Below the pieces are notes generated by a model. That model saw only the letters and a list, made by a program, of their open reading frames with translations, did no database searches and was not told the origin of the DNA. 37,559 bases of DNA, taken from the NCBI GenBank assembly GCA_964388905.1, contig CAYMDG010000006.1, positions 1 through 37,559 of the forward strand, read 5' to 3'. Position 1 is the first letter of the stretch. Every line of letters begins with the position of its first letter. Below are positions 27,901-36,349 of the stretch, piece by piece. A program made the position numbers and the translations under genes. The stretch is from an uncultured Bacteriovoracaceae bacterium. Lineage in GTDB: Bacteria; Desulfobacterota; Desulfomonilia; UBA1062.

Positions 27901-28371
27901 CTCTGCCGCATAATAGAAGTTGAAAATCCAATATTGACCAAGCGCGCTTATGATATCTATTTGCGTGGATGCGGAATCAAGCGCATGGGGCTTGAGCTAA
28001 AGCATACAATGGATAAGGCTATACAGCATGCGGTTCGCCAAAATCGATTGGTTGTCGAAGATGAGTTGAATAATAAAGGATTTATCAATGCGATAGTACG
28101 AATCACAGACACACCTCCATTAGTCCTGCGTAAGAGGGGGCCTCGATCATTTGAGGAAATACCGCCAAGCGAGGTGATGGTTGCATCTCATCTCGCCATG
28201 AAAAATACTACTATTCAAAAAGGAAGCGATGAGCACCTTCACACAATACTGGAGATGTTTGATCTAAAGCGCCTCACCTATCAAACAAAAACTAGGCTCT
28301 TAGAAATAATTGAAAAAGAATTCGATTATGTAGTTGCTTGGATCAGGGAACGAGGTACTGATGTTTTATAA
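21991..28371 (+). CDS. Hhe-like defence protein: DUF4011 - SF1 (UPF1/DNA2-like) helicase - Vsr/DUF559-like nuclease - C-terminal DUF3320-like region
   Basis: RWQRKLLDLSLRNSLLNF (DUF4011), GPPGTGKSQT, FDEASQ, GDPKQLPP, WHYRS, QGDERD, RRLNVAITRAR and FRIDIGV..GIECDGATYH..RDRD..R...L..LGW...RIWS. Architecture matches HheA of Gao et al. 2020. Confidence 0.85.
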   Translation: MESDFNINCIYVVLTPKINLAFYQNAVPVLRELVIINEGKETLQEVELSLQSEPAFIKSKIWRADAIKAGQHFRITDLDVSLDGALLGRLTEAESARVTFVLNVGEKEFGRLDKMIELLPRNQWGGIGHMPEIIAAFVQPNEPAIDHLLKKTAEILRNHGKNSALTGYEGGPKRVWELSSAIWAAFGSIGLDYSLPPASFERAGQKIRSSGQIIDARIATCMDTTLFFCAVFEQCGLNPLIIFTQNHVFAGVWLKAEEFTTVVVDDITALRKREKLNELLLFETTLVTQRPCPSFKRAVELGAQHISEDEEGQFELAIDIRRARLQRIKPLASEHVVEPSGQKISPKEDLEAVFEEAPDFPDYEIVQQAQTTPSEPQDRLDRWQRKLLDLSLRNSLLNFRTTKRAIKLFAPDPGRIEDMLSDGHVLKLLPHPDLMNGTDPRSQKIYEARTSEDVRRAHAVDALNRKEIMVSLPKDELDSRLVELYRFARANLQEGGANTLFLALGFLSWTRDEKDNKRFRAPLVLIPVTLQRSSVRSGFTLRIHDDEPRFNPTLIEMLRQDFHLELQVRQGELPRDDHGLDITGIWNAVAQAIKDIRGWEVVEEVVLSTYSFAKYLMWKDLIDRTDQLKQNPVVKHLIDTPRETYQSSGCTFLDPRALDQTYGPEQIFCPLSADSSQLSAVIAAANGKDFVLIGPPGTGKSQTIANIIAHCLAEKKSILFVSEKIAALNVVYRRLCEIKLGDFCLQLHSNKARKVDVLQQLDCAWEAKGEIDDEEWKRETQRLKTIRDQLNKFVRQLHCKRRNGLTAYTAIGLITAGRDLPKLGLSWPSADVHSAEDLVALRDLADKLDINAKEVGAIANSPLAYIPLGEWSPSWQQALIDSACDLISAADHLDKSAQILFEAIGIPKFSLDERRREVLSILSRTLPNAAGRDWRFVLRHDVRTISEELRNGLSLLEQCRDIKSHLHTPWSVDLIQKIKHGLDIIERHREVSSQLSTTYNSNVSNIDVGQLKIDWEKANKSWWPLNWLRRRQVRSALVEVVEGDHDIELPSDIDRLVILRKLDSEINILADSTTITSNLWAGLDTRVDDMSAALTFQTTMHLVLADQSWNEGGIAAVAAGRCGAYMAADLERLRSLRFLQNEIAKLDHLHSKTNGLWNGLNTRTEELERALDFQEKLTISISKIATSSESFSKIKTTLQHLLGEGNALLDPTGPIANAGSRYSEAVERFHSAYNNFSVKSGMIASEINIKEDETPESIKNICSGIVQLQPKLRAWCAWRKVRGEAITKGLMPLVNAIEKGKVEHGVIRKSFEIDYARWWLNVTVDNDEVLLNFVSAEHDKCIADFRALDDRLTELTRDYVRAGLCAALPGKQESRRNSEWGILRHEMQKKKQHMPLRELINCIPSAITKLAPCLLMSPLSIAQYLSTETPLFDIVVFDEASQIPVWDAIGAIARGKQVVMVGDPKQLPPTSFFDRAESEADYEDVEGDLESILDECLGANLPMLNLSWHYRSRHESLITFSNSRYYGGGLLTFPSPNTEDKAVSLHIVEDGVYEKGGARINKPEARALVTHIVSRLKDQEFVDRGLSIGIVTFNAEQQRLIEDLLDFERRKLPSIESFFADDRIEPIFVKNLESVQGDERDIMYFSLTYGPDITKAISMNFGPMNQDGGERRLNVAITRARHELLVFSSLRPEQIDLSRTSAVGVRDLKHFMEFADRGPKAIAEAVYGTIGDYDSQFERMVAEALANKGWYVHPQVGVSSFRIDIGVVDPDMPGQYLAGIECDGATYHRSATARDRDKLREHVLHGLGWHIVRIWSTDWWIDASGALEKVHSSLERLLEESRAKRAEEECKRQEVLTTTKMINSQDFEGNRPADADLFLPADVITPRGSYQKQIVLHTESESNIAESSLISEHAITNHSSVTLPGSYVEAYHQQELFREHYSAIFAPYQSYIGHSFSDPRITSTGGIAEGLCRIIEVENPILTKRAYDIYLRGCGIKRMGLELKHTMDKAIQHAVRQNRLVVEDELNNKGFINAIVRITDTPPLVLRKRGPRSFEEIPPSEVMVASHLAMKNTTIQKGSDEHLHTILEMFDLKRLTYQTKTRLLEIIEKEFDYVVAWIRERGTDVL

Positions 28372-28511
28372 CAGGTTGTACTACTATGTAGAGGACAAGA
28401 GGCACAATACAAAGATCATAATCTTATTACTAATAAGCACCTAAACGAGGACTATTTCTATTCATGCACGTAACTTCTGTACAGTAATCGTTAGTGATGG
28501 AGAACATATAG

Positions 28512-29687
28512 ATGGGCCTATACTTAAGAAAAAGCTTTCGGGCTGGACCAATTCGATTCAACCTCTCGAAAAGTGGTATCGGCGTCTCCGCTGGCGTCAA
28601 GGGAGCGCGTATTGGTACTGGACCTCGAGGGGCCTATGTTCATGCGGGACGATACGGTCTTTACTATCGGCAACAGCTGTCCTCAGGGCGATCAGGTAGA
28701 AAAACAAACACAGACGGTGGGAGTTTCACGATGTTTCTTGTCATCGTTGCCGTCGGATTCGGGATATGGGTTTTCAAACGTTTAATCGAGAATCCTATAG
28801 TATTGGTGGTGACCATTGCCGTGGCCATGGCGATCCCACTTATTTGGTGGTCTATCCAGGTATATTCAAAGAAGCTTGTTTCAGAATACAAGAAAGCCCT
28901 CGACAATACCTTTGTTGCCAACCGGTCACCTTTGTCCCCCGATATGATCTCTGCTCTTAAACAACAGCGACAGCGGTTACCAAATACTGAGACATCCAAG
29001 AGGGAGATTGAGGGGATTGAAGCGAATGTCTATCAGGCCGTTCTCGACAAGATTCTTGATAGCAGTTTCATAACAGAAGAAGAAGCGGCAAGTATCGTAG
29101 CCCTTGAGCAAACACTGAATCTCAATCCTGAAACCCGACTTCAAACAAAGAAGGAAATATTTTCAGCTGCCTATGTCGAAGCAATTCAGGATCGTGAGAT
29201 CACGAATGATGAAATGAACAAGCTAAAAAATCTCATGGTAGGCCTGGCAATCCCACAAACAGAAGTGCAGCATGAGCTTGGCATTGTTCAGGAGATTGTC
29301 GATTCACAAACCCTATGTCTTCCTCTTAAGGCAATCCCATCGGAGGAACTGGATGTCCAAATACAGAAAAGTGAGCAGGCATTCTACAAATGCTCGGCAC
29401 AGGTTCTTTCCAAGCGCAAGTCAAAGGACTCTTCGAGTGGTTACGAGTACACAGTCAAGCGTGATGGTACATTGGTCTTAACTAACAAAAGAGTGTTTGT
29501 AGTCGGCAATGGAACAACAAGCATTGGGTACGAGGACATAGTTGATCTTGACGTTGACATTGATAAAGGACTCATTGAGATAGCCAAGTCGGATTCTGGA
29601 CGGCCAATTATCCTTAAGATGGCAACCCCAATTTACACAGGACGTGCCATAAACCTGCTTATGAACGCAACACAATCAGACACATGA
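28512..29687 (+). CDS. DUF4236-domain membrane protein with C-terminal PH-like domain
   Basis: MGLYLRKSFRAGPIRFNLSKSGIGVSAGVKGAR..G (DUF4236), two TM helices, a helical middle region and G.LVLTNKRV.V. Confidence 0.75.
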   Translation: MGLYLRKSFRAGPIRFNLSKSGIGVSAGVKGARIGTGPRGAYVHAGRYGLYYRQQLSSGRSGRKTNTDGGSFTMFLVIVAVGFGIWVFKRLIENPIVLVVTIAVAMAIPLIWWSIQVYSKKLVSEYKKALDNTFVANRSPLSPDMISALKQQRQRLPNTETSKREIEGIEANVYQAVLDKILDSSFITEEEAASIVALEQTLNLNPETRLQTKKEIFSAAYVEAIQDREITNDEMNKLKNLMVGLAIPQTEVQHELGIVQEIVDSQTLCLPLKAIPSEELDVQIQKSEQAFYKCSAQVLSKRKSKDSSSGYEYTVKRDGTLVLTNKRVFVVGNGTTSIGYEDIVDLDVDIDKGLIEIAKSDSGRPIILKMATPIYTGRAINLLMNATQSDT

Positions 29688-31042
29688 ATCACATGGAGTT
29701 CAGTAAGAGCAAAATGCAGATGCCCTGTTTATCCGCCAAAGACTCTGCTGCCAGTTCCGAGGGTACCCTCGACCCCTTAGGACTCTATCAAATTGCTGAC
29801 GCCCTAGGCGTTAAGCTCATCCCAGGCATACGCGAACGCATGCGGCACCCTCGGTTCCTCACTCTCACTGCAGTCTCCTTAGCCGTATGCAGCGAGATTG
29901 ATGATGATATCCTGGCAAAGGATGGAGTCAGCGAGCCTTGGCAGGTATTTGAATGGTATGTGGTGGAAGGCTTGGTCCGCTACATTAAGGACAAAGACCT
30001 TCTTCGTGGTCTGCCCGGCACTGACAAGGTCACCAGATCAATCCTTGACAATGTTCCCATCTCTGCCCGGAACTATCTCAAGACGGCCAACGTGTTCGGG
30101 TTCCACGGCGTATACCGCCTTCTGTCGCGCACCCTGAATATCGACGTGGATGGTCGTCTGGGTGAAAACGGCTACCGTCTGGTCAGTGCTTGGCGCGAGG
30201 AACAGGACTTGCCCGGTTTCTATGAATCGAGCTTAGGGAAAGGGGCGGAGGCCATCAAGATATGGCGGGATGCTGTTCGCGACGGTCTTGAAAAAGGGGC
30301 TGTTGCTCGAAGTGCTGCGTGGCAGGGCTGGCAGCTCATGGCCGAGCACCTGGGCCCACATGGTGCAGGCCCGAAGGAACAACGCGCATTAAAGGAACTG
30401 ATACTCAGCCATGAGAAAGGCTATGCGCGGCAACTCGTACAGTTCATGACCTCGCCCGATGGTTCAGGGTTAGTGAGACAGATGCTTGAACACTCCGCAG
30501 ATGGGGGTGCTTGGTCAGAGCGGCCGTTCCATAATGCATTGCGCGAGAAAGCCGAGCCTGAGTTGCGTGAACTGCTCGTTGCCATTTCAGCCTATGAGAC
30601 CTTTGCCCGACTCCTGCAGGATGCGTTTGAAGACTGCCTGCAAGAGATGACAAACTACAAGGGAAAGACACCGGTGGTAGCCCTGGCTGAATGCCGGAAT
30701 GTACAGAAGGCCGCCGAGCGCATCCCCTTGGAATATGGAAGCACTATGGATAAGCTCGAAGCATTCGGTGAGCTGGCACGCTTCCAGGATATTTTTTCTA
30801 CTTTGGCTGATAAGGGATCGCCACAAGACTGGGTGGTGAGGCTCCTGGAACACCACAGGCGTGTGCAGATGAAAAAGCCTCCCATCGGGAAACTGCCCTG
30901 GTTCGACCGGTTCGATGACGGATCATGCATTATCCGCCAGGGTTACAAAAAAGACAAGGGCGGGCTCGGGGATGATAGCTATGTCCACGCGTACCGGCTG
31001 AATTCCTTGTGGACCTTTGCCAAGGACATGGGGATGCTATGA
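29684..31042 (+). CDS. DUF6361-like protein, Azaca-like system component
   Basis: DPLGL..IAD.L...LIPGI.....R.RFL N-terminal motif. ATGA overlaps on both sides. Confidence 0.55.
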   Translation: MNHMEFSKSKMQMPCLSAKDSAASSEGTLDPLGLYQIADALGVKLIPGIRERMRHPRFLTLTAVSLAVCSEIDDDILAKDGVSEPWQVFEWYVVEGLVRYIKDKDLLRGLPGTDKVTRSILDNVPISARNYLKTANVFGFHGVYRLLSRTLNIDVDGRLGENGYRLVSAWREEQDLPGFYESSLGKGAEAIKIWRDAVRDGLEKGAVARSAAWQGWQLMAEHLGPHGAGPKEQRALKELILSHEKGYARQLVQFMTSPDGSGLVRQMLEHSADGGAWSERPFHNALREKAEPELRELLVAISAYETFARLLQDAFEDCLQEMTNYKGKTPVVALAECRNVQKAAERIPLEYGSTMDKLEAFGELARFQDIFSTLADKGSPQDWVVRLLEHHRRVQMKKPPIGKLPWFDRFDDGSCIIRQGYKKDKGGLGDDSYVHAYRLNSLWTFAKDMGML

Positions 31043-33105
31043 GCAAGACAAAGCGGGGCGATATACCTGAAGGATACGGCAAACTCCTGGAGCAATGGGA
31101 GGCTAAGGACGATTCTGGCGAGCCCATAGGTTGTATCGCCACAACATTCACCTTTTCGCCTGCCTTTTTTGAGGAAGAATGCCTGGGGCGTTTTCTCAAA
31201 CTGGAGACCGATGCAGAAGAAGACGGCCCGCTCTATCTCGTGGAAAGGGAAGAGAAGCTGGCCCAGGTGAAATGCGCCGCGGTTCTGGTGGACCAGCATA
31301 ACTGCAAGGGTGCGCGGAGCTTGCGGTGGGACCTTCATCCGGCACGGGTGAGCGGCATCATGCACGCCAAGATATCACTCCTGTGCTGGTCGAATCTCGT
31401 GCGCCTGATCATCGGTTCTGCAAACATGACGGAAGATGGATACCGTCGCAACCAGGAAGTTTTCGGTGTTCTCGATTACCATGAGGGCGCAGAGGCACCT
31501 CGTCAGGTGCTGCTCGATGTTATCACCTACCTGCGGGAGGTGATGCGCTCTTCCCAGCCTGACACGGAAAACAAGGCTGTTGACCGTTGGTATGCGTTCC
31601 TTGACCAGGTTGAACAAACGGCCGCGTCATGGGGACAGACAGCTGATGAGCATGGCCGGAAGCCGCTACGCGTGGCAGCCATACTGATCAGGCCCGGCGG
31701 GGAACATGTTTTCAAGCAGCTGAACGATCTGTGGCCTGCAGGCAGCCCACCCCATTCAGCAAAGGTGCTGAGTCCGTTTTTTGACCCACCAAAGGTTGGC
31801 AATAATAATCCGGCCAGAGAACTGTGGGAGATCATGCGCAAGCGCGGGGATGCGGTGGTGAACTATTGCCTGGAGATGGAAGAAGTTCCAGGAGAAAAGA
31901 GATTCATTGCCAGGGCGCCGGATACGCTGCTGTCCGTTAAGCCAATACGGGAATCAACCAGGGTGGTCATCCAGCGTCTGAAGAACGATCTTGACCGGCC
32001 CCTCCATGCAAAGGAGCTGTGGTTTGAGGATGACCGATTTGCCCTCCTCATGACCGGTTCCAGCAATTTCACCTCTGCCGGGATGGGGGTGGGGAAGACT
32101 ATAAACTACGAGGCCAACCTGGCCTATGTCCTGGATATGAACAAGGCAAAGAATGGCTATAAAGATCTGATGAAGCGCTTTCCGGAAAGTGTTGTAGTCA
32201 AAGACCCAGTTCAGTTTGAGCCTGCTGGACTTGGTGAAGATGAAACCGCAGAGACTGTATTGCTGCCGGCAGGATTCAAGTCCGCGATCTATCGATTGAA
32301 GGATGGAAAGACCGGTGAGGTCGTTCTTGAACTCGGTCATGACCTGCCGGTTGGGTGGCGGTTGCTCTTTGATAATGATAAGCCCTGGCAGGATGCAGCT
32401 ACTTGGGAGGCAGTAGGAAAACCATCAAGCTGGGTAGTGCCATGGCCCGCTCGTGCTCCATCGGGCATCTGGGTGACATGGACAAATGCAATGGGCAAGG
32501 CTTGGTGGCCGGTCAATGTGGAAGCTTCCACCGATCTGCCTCCACCGGATGAATTGAAGGAACTCCCTCTGGATGTCCTTATCAACCTGTTGACCTCGGC
32601 CCGGCCTCTTCATGAGGTACTACGCCGCTATCTCCGTAAGCATGAAGACGGTAAGACAGTTTTGGATACAAGCTTCAAGGATGTCGACCCACTCAAGCGG
32701 GTCGACACAAGCGAGTTCCTCCTGCAAAGGACACGCCGTTTCTCATGGGCCTTGAGCAGCCTTGGCAAACGGCTGGAGCGGCCTGTGCCCACCGAGGAGT
32801 GCCTCACCTGGCGCATCTATGGCCCGGTGGGTGTTATGGCTGTGGCCCGTGCCTTGGAGCGGGATGCAAAATCGACCGAAGAGAGATCGTTCCTGATGGC
32901 GGAATTGGCGCTAGAGCTTACCCGGGTCAGTCCTGCCGAAGTTCCCGGTTACCTGCCCGCATCCAGGGTGAGTGAAGAACTGATGAAGTCGGCTCACGAC
33001 CTGTGTAAAAAGGGAGATTTTCAGGCGATCTCGGCTCATAAACATCTCCAGATGTACTTGGGCTTGGTTTTCGAACACATTACGGGTCAAAGGGCAGGAG
33101 CATAA
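31039..33105 (+). CDS. Phospholipase D / TDP-like nuclease with two HxK motifs
   Basis: MHAKI....IGSANMT and LHAKE....TGSSNFT, plus N-terminal ATTFTF...FFEE. ATG 31039 overlaps the upstream TGA, whereas the track starts at 31009. Confidence 0.85.
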   Translation: MSKTKRGDIPEGYGKLLEQWEAKDDSGEPIGCIATTFTFSPAFFEEECLGRFLKLETDAEEDGPLYLVEREEKLAQVKCAAVLVDQHNCKGARSLRWDLHPARVSGIMHAKISLLCWSNLVRLIIGSANMTEDGYRRNQEVFGVLDYHEGAEAPRQVLLDVITYLREVMRSSQPDTENKAVDRWYAFLDQVEQTAASWGQTADEHGRKPLRVAAILIRPGGEHVFKQLNDLWPAGSPPHSAKVLSPFFDPPKVGNNNPARELWEIMRKRGDAVVNYCLEMEEVPGEKRFIARAPDTLLSVKPIRESTRVVIQRLKNDLDRPLHAKELWFEDDRFALLMTGSSNFTSAGMGVGKTINYEANLAYVLDMNKAKNGYKDLMKRFPESVVVKDPVQFEPAGLGEDETAETVLLPAGFKSAIYRLKDGKTGEVVLELGHDLPVGWRLLFDNDKPWQDAATWEAVGKPSSWVVPWPARAPSGIWVTWTNAMGKAWWPVNVEASTDLPPPDELKELPLDVLINLLTSARPLHEVLRRYLRKHEDGKTVLDTSFKDVDPLKRVDTSEFLLQRTRRFSWALSSLGKRLERPVPTEECLTWRIYGPVGVMAVARALERDAKSTEERSFLMAELALELTRVSPAEVPGYLPASRVSEELMKSAHDLCKKGDFQAISAHKHLQMYLGLVFEHITGQRAGA

Positions 33106-33108
33106 GGC

Positions 33109-35928
33109 ATGTCCAAACTCTATCCATACTGCGAACAGATCAACTTGCATGTACAAGGTAGAATTACCAAAGAGGATGCAGACCGACAGGAATCAACAGC
33201 CCGGGAGATCCTGTGCAGGCTGAAGGACCAACCGGGTATTATCCTAGCAGATGAAGTCGGCATGGGTAAGACCTTTGTTGCCCTGGCAGTGGCGATATCC
33301 ACTGCACTGGGAAACGAGGAGCGTCTGCCCGTTGTAGTCATGGTTCCACCCTCATTGCAAAAGAAGTGGCCGCAGGATTTTGAAACTTTTTGTGCCCATT
33401 GCCTGGCTCCGGAAATTCGCGACAAGGTATCTTATGAAACGGCAACTCGGGCCGTAGCATTTCTCAAACTCATTGATGACCCGCTGGAGAAACGTAAGTC
33501 CATCATCTTTGTCACACACGGGGCAATGAGCAGAGGTTTGGCTGACAAATGGGTGAAGCTCGCCCTGATACAGCAGGCATTGCGTTACAGGCATGGCACA
33601 GGGCAACTCAAGTTAAATCTCTGCAAGGTCATGGGGAGTTTGCTCCGATCTTCCTGGATGGATCGCAAGTATGGCCACGGGTTATGGATGGAACTCCTGG
33701 AAAAACATCCATCCACATGGTTGAAGGTTCTGCACAGGCAGGGGATTGACCCTGAGGGTGACAATGACCCCACAAACGATGATGACCCGGTGCCCCAGGC
33801 TGTTATTGACATACTCAATCACTTGGATACAAACAGCCTGTATGAAAAGCTGTGCATGATTCCAAAGAACAGAAGTGCATCTTTTGAGAAACGCCTGGAG
33901 GAAGTACGAAAAGGCATTCAGGATGAACTCCATTTAATATGGTCTCAGTGTATTCAACACATGCAGTTTCGTCTTCCGTTGTTGATCCTTGATGAAGCCC
34001 ATCATCTTAAGAACGAGTCCACCCAACTTGCTTCACTTTTCCGGTGCCAGGATGCCAAGGACGATATGGAAGAGATAAAGAAAGGGGCTCTGAACAGTGT
34101 ATTCGAGAGGATGTTGTTCCTCACTGCAACACCGTTCCAGCTTGGGCATGTCGAGTTATGCTCGGTGGTAGAGCGATTCGAGGGTATTGCCTGGGATAGC
34201 CCTCTAGCACCACATAGCGGCAGAAGAGGCTTTCTTGAAGGGGTGAATGGACTGAGGAACTCCCTTGATTCAGCCCAGGAATCGACGTTGCGTCTTGACG
34301 ATGCATGGGGCCGTCTGCGTTCTGAAGACCTTGTACTCTGCGAGCAGAATTATGATGACCCTGACCGATGGTGGGATTGTATACAGAGCATGATAGGCCT
34401 TACGCCGCAAACTGAGAGGGTTCTCCATTGCTACAGGCTGGCTGAGGAACGGATGCGCACTGCGGAGAATATCCTGAAGCCTTGGGTCATACGCCACCTG
34501 AAGCCGAGGGCATTACCAGCACCATATCAGGGAGAACCAAGAAGAAAGAAGCTCCCCGGCAAGTTGATCACGGGTGAAACCTCTGAAAGTCCTGTGGGCG
34601 GCTTGAATGTAACGGGTGACACCATTGTCCCGTTTCTCTTGGCTGCCAGGGCAACAGCATGCTCGCCGAACTGCCGTTCGGTATTTGCAGAGGGTCTGGC
34701 ATCGAGCTATGAGGCGTTTCTCCATACGCGGAAGACCTCGCAGGGAAATGAATGCGCAGAAGATCTCGATGCGAATGGTCTAATTGACAGGCCCATAGAT
34801 GAAGGACCTTTACATTGGTATCTGGATCACCTTTCAACTATCGTCCCACAGGGAGACATTGATGCCTCTCTGACCCATCCCAAGATAGCCGCAACGGTTG
34901 AACGGGTTGTAAAGGAATGGAGCCAGGGAGAGAAGGTACTAGTGTTTTGTCACTTCATAGCAACCGGCAAGATCCTACGTCTGGGCATATCACATGCTAT
35001 TCGCAAAAAGATAGCCGAGCAGGGTATGAAAAAACTCCAATGTTCCGAGGCAGCTGTATTTGATGAACTAGACCGTATCGGCAGGCGGTTTTTTGATGCG
35101 GAATCTCCAGCCAGACGTTTCTGTGATGATGAGATTACCAGGATGTTGGAGACTTATACAGGCCTCTCAGATCACAAGGATGACTTGCAGGAGGTTGTAC
35201 GGCGAATGATTCGCACACCGTCCTTCCTTGTGAGATACTTTTCTCTTCAGGAAGGCAGGATCGATGAAGCTGCCATTGTAGAGGCATTCAATCATGTGGA
35301 CCAGTCCAATATGACATTACGGAAGCTGCTACAGGGATTCTTTTCTTTCCTCGATCAAAGAAGCGAGAGCAGGCATAATTTTATTGATGCAGTTACCAAG
35401 ATACAGACAGGAGAGCACTTTACAAAAGGCATCTATTCCGATGATGAGATCCAGGGTGAGAATACCAATCTCCTCATCCCTAATGTACGCCTGGTTAATG
35501 GAACTTCTCGGCAGGATACGCGCCAGCGACTGATGCTTGCATTCAATACTCCATTTTTCCCCGAGGTGCTCGTAGCGAGTAGTGTCATGGCTGAGGGGGT
35601 GGACCTTCATCTCAACTGCCGCCAAATCATCCACCACGATCTGTGCTGGAATCCCAGTACACTGGAGCAACGGACCGGACGTGTGGATCGTGTAGGGGCA
35701 AAGGCAGAACAGTGCGGTAAGCCGATTTATGTTTACTTACCTTATGTATCGGAAACGCAGGATGAGAAGATGTACCGTGTTGTCATGGACCGCGAACGCT
35801 GGTTCAGCGTAGTCATGGGTGAGAAGTTTGATGTGAGTGCCCATGCCACGGACAAGCTGGCTTCACGCATTCCTCTGCCTGCATCCCTTGCACGCCAGCT
35901 TGCGTTTAGGCTAGAGGTGGAGAGTTGA
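33109..35928 (+). CDS. SNF2-family SF2 helicase
   Basis: LADEVGMGKT, LILDEAHH, LTATPFQ, KVLVFC, EGVDLH and WNPSTLEQRTGRVDRVG. Confidence 0.93.
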   Translation: MSKLYPYCEQINLHVQGRITKEDADRQESTAREILCRLKDQPGIILADEVGMGKTFVALAVAISTALGNEERLPVVVMVPPSLQKKWPQDFETFCAHCLAPEIRDKVSYETATRAVAFLKLIDDPLEKRKSIIFVTHGAMSRGLADKWVKLALIQQALRYRHGTGQLKLNLCKVMGSLLRSSWMDRKYGHGLWMELLEKHPSTWLKVLHRQGIDPEGDNDPTNDDDPVPQAVIDILNHLDTNSLYEKLCMIPKNRSASFEKRLEEVRKGIQDELHLIWSQCIQHMQFRLPLLILDEAHHLKNESTQLASLFRCQDAKDDMEEIKKGALNSVFERMLFLTATPFQLGHVELCSVVERFEGIAWDSPLAPHSGRRGFLEGVNGLRNSLDSAQESTLRLDDAWGRLRSEDLVLCEQNYDDPDRWWDCIQSMIGLTPQTERVLHCYRLAEERMRTAENILKPWVIRHLKPRALPAPYQGEPRRKKLPGKLITGETSESPVGGLNVTGDTIVPFLLAARATACSPNCRSVFAEGLASSYEAFLHTRKTSQGNECAEDLDANGLIDRPIDEGPLHWYLDHLSTIVPQGDIDASLTHPKIAATVERVVKEWSQGEKVLVFCHFIATGKILRLGISHAIRKKIAEQGMKKLQCSEAAVFDELDRIGRRFFDAESPARRFCDDEITRMLETYTGLSDHKDDLQEVVRRMIRTPSFLVRYFSLQEGRIDEAAIVEAFNHVDQSNMTLRKLLQGFFSFLDQRSESRHNFIDAVTKIQTGEHFTKGIYSDDEIQGENTNLLIPNVRLVNGTSRQDTRQRLMLAFNTPFFPEVLVASSVMAEGVDLHLNCRQIIHHDLCWNPSTLEQRTGRVDRVGAKAEQCGKPIYVYLPYVSETQDEKMYRVVMDRERWFSVVMGEKFDVSAHATDKLASRIPLPASLARQLAFRLEVES

Positions 35929-36022
35929 AGAATAAGGTTTGCTTTATTGATAGGGGTACTGATCGCACCCTCTCAGATTAGAAAACTACATTTAACAAAA
36001 GTTTCGAAAGGATAGTTCCATT

Positions 36023-36349
36023 ATGACTGGGGTAGATTTAGAAAACCTCATAGATGGGTTCAACACAGATAAAGATTTCAAAATATCTAAGGCTTTTACT
36101 GACTGTGGTATTGATCCATTATTCCCTAGCTTGAAACGAGCAGCTCTCAACCAGATAAATCAAGAACAAGCAACAGTTAACAGTTATACAATCTGGGCGA
36201 ATACCGTACGGGATAATATCAGGAAGGCAGATGAAGAAATCAAGGCTGATAATCATGCAGAAGCACACCGTCTATTGTGTCGTACTGCGAATTCAGTATC
36301 TGCTTTTTCTGAAGTTCAAAAAGCTTTGGGCAAAGTGTGTACGGATTAA
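36023..36349 (+). CDS. Small helical hypothetical protein
   Basis: 108-aa ORF with AAGGA upstream, overlapping the next gene by 13 nt. Confidence 0.6.
   Translation: MTGVDLENLIDGFNTDKDFKISKAFTDCGIDPLFPSLKRAALNQINQEQATVNSYTIWANTVRDNIRKADEEIKADNHAEAHRLLCRTANSVSAFSEVQKALGKVCTD

Noticed and set aside
31039-35928. DISARM
   Set aside because: PLD and SNF2 are present, but there is no DrmA/DrmB (DUF1998) or methyltransferase, and the PLD is a large two-motif protein.
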